This document shows positions 31,169-32,000 of a stretch of 32,000 nt of DNA, piece by piece. The position numbers were made by a program, and so were the translations under genes. Source of the stretch: Halorhodospira halophila SL1 (GTDB taxonomy: Bacteria; Pseudomonadota; Gammaproteobacteria; Nitrococcales; Halorhodospiraceae); assembly GCF_000015585.1 (NCBI RefSeq), contig NC_008789.1, forward strand, positions 2,646,453 to 2,678,452. Direction: 5' to 3'. The stretch's first letter is position 1. Every line of letters starts with the position of its first letter. The notes beneath the pieces were generated by a model that made no database searches, had not been told where the DNA came from, and saw nothing but the letters and a program-made list of their open reading frames with translations.

Positions 31169-31202
31169 ACGTCTGCTCTCTCCTCGGGTTGCGGTGGGTC
31201 GC

Positions 31203-31997
31203 TCAGGCGGAGGCAGCGGTGGCCGCCTGACCGCTGCGGTGGCGTCGTTCCATCTCGGTGGCCAGGGCCATGTAGGCCAGGGCACCGCGCGACGCGCGGT
31301 CGTACGCCAGGGCCGGCAGGCCGTGGCTGGGCGCCTCGGCAAGGCGCACGTTGCGCGGGATCATGGTGCGGTAGAGCTGCGCCTCGAAGTGGGCCGCCAG
31401 CTGCTCGCCGACCTGATTGGCGAGGTTGTTGCGCGCGTCGTACATGGTGCGCAACAGACCATCGATGGCCAGATTCGGATTGGCCGCCGCCTGCACGCCG
31501 CGAACGGTATCGAGCAGCGCCGTCAGCCCTTCCAGGGCGAAGTACTCACACTGGATCGGGATGAGCACGCCGTGGGCGGCGACCAGGGCGTTCAGGGTCA
31601 GGATGTTCAGCGACGGCGGACAGTCGATGAGGATGTAGTCGTAGCGGTCGGCGACGCCACGAAGCTGACGGCTGAGTCGCTGTTCACGTCGATCGGCCTC
31701 CAGTAGTTCCACCTCGGCAGCAGTCAGATCGCCGTTCGCCGGCAACACATCGAAACCCGCGCCCGCGACACCATGAACCGCTTCGGCCACGGAGGCCTGC
31801 TCGGCCAACACCTCATACGCCGTGGGCGAGACCTCACGGCGGTCGAGCCCGGAGCCGACCGTGGCGTTACCCTGCGGGTCCAGATCGATGAGCAGGACAC
31901 GCTTGCGGTTGGCAGCCAGCGAGGCAGCCAGGTTGACGCAGGTGGTGGTCTTGCCGACCCCGCCCTTCTGATTAGTGATTGCGATGATCCGACCCAT
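31203..31997 (-). CDS. parA: Chromosome partitioning ATPase ParA (Soj)
   Basis: Deviant Walker A IAITNQKGGVGKTTT, plus LLIDLDPQGNAT and YDYILIDCPPSL. It lies directly upstream of parB. Confidence 0.96.
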   Translation of the reverse strand: MGRIIAITNQKGGVGKTTTCVNLAASLAANRKRVLLIDLDPQGNATVGSGLDRREVSPTAYEVLAEQASVAEAVHGVAGAGFDVLPANGDLTAAEVELLEADRREQRLSRQLRGVADRYDYILIDCPPSLNILTLNALVAAHGVLIPIQCEYFALEGLTALLDTVRGVQAAANPNLAIDGLLRTMYDARNNLANQVGEQLAAHFEAQLYRTMIPRNVRLAEAPSHGLPALAYDRASRGALAYMALATEMERRHRSGQAATAASA

Positions 31998-32000
31998 GAC

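Overview
This window looks like conserved, origin-proximal core chromosome of a very GC-rich gammaproteobacterium. Third codon positions are almost all G/C. The gene content and several acidic proteins resemble Ectothiorhodospiraceae-type or halophilic lineages, but I cannot confirm taxonomy without a database search.

Genes, left to right:
- speE, 5' fragment on the minus strand, divergent from speA.
- speA plus a beta-hydroxyacid dehydrogenase-family gene.
- A long minus-strand run: small membrane protein, SPOR-domain protein, argS, cydC, cydD, cydB, cydA, polA.
- A two-gene plus-strand islet: LOG-family protein and a small secreted DUF2782-like protein.
- A second minus-strand run: uvrD, oxyR, glmS, tandem-USP gene, glmU, atpCDGAHFEBI, parB, parA.

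I see no tRNA, rRNA, CRISPR array, transposase, integrase, phage gene or recognisable defence gene. I also see no obvious compositional island.

I do not find a convincing novel multi-gene system here, and the findings below are modest. They are:
- Very tight stop/start junctions linking glmU-usp-glmS-oxyR-uvrD, two of them the identical 8-mer CTGATATG.
- A tandem universal-stress-protein gene inserted between glmU and glmS.
- A single cydABDC cluster whose short CydA/CydB suggest the short Q-loop (CIO-like) type, with no cydX-sized ORF.
- A 13/14-identical direct repeat built of TCAG-core heptamers (TTCAGGG / A/T-TCAGCG) in the intergenic region at 3461-3595.
- Perfect GC-rich hairpins inside the atp operon and in the cydA leader.

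The many long ORFs antisense to real genes are GC-content artefacts.
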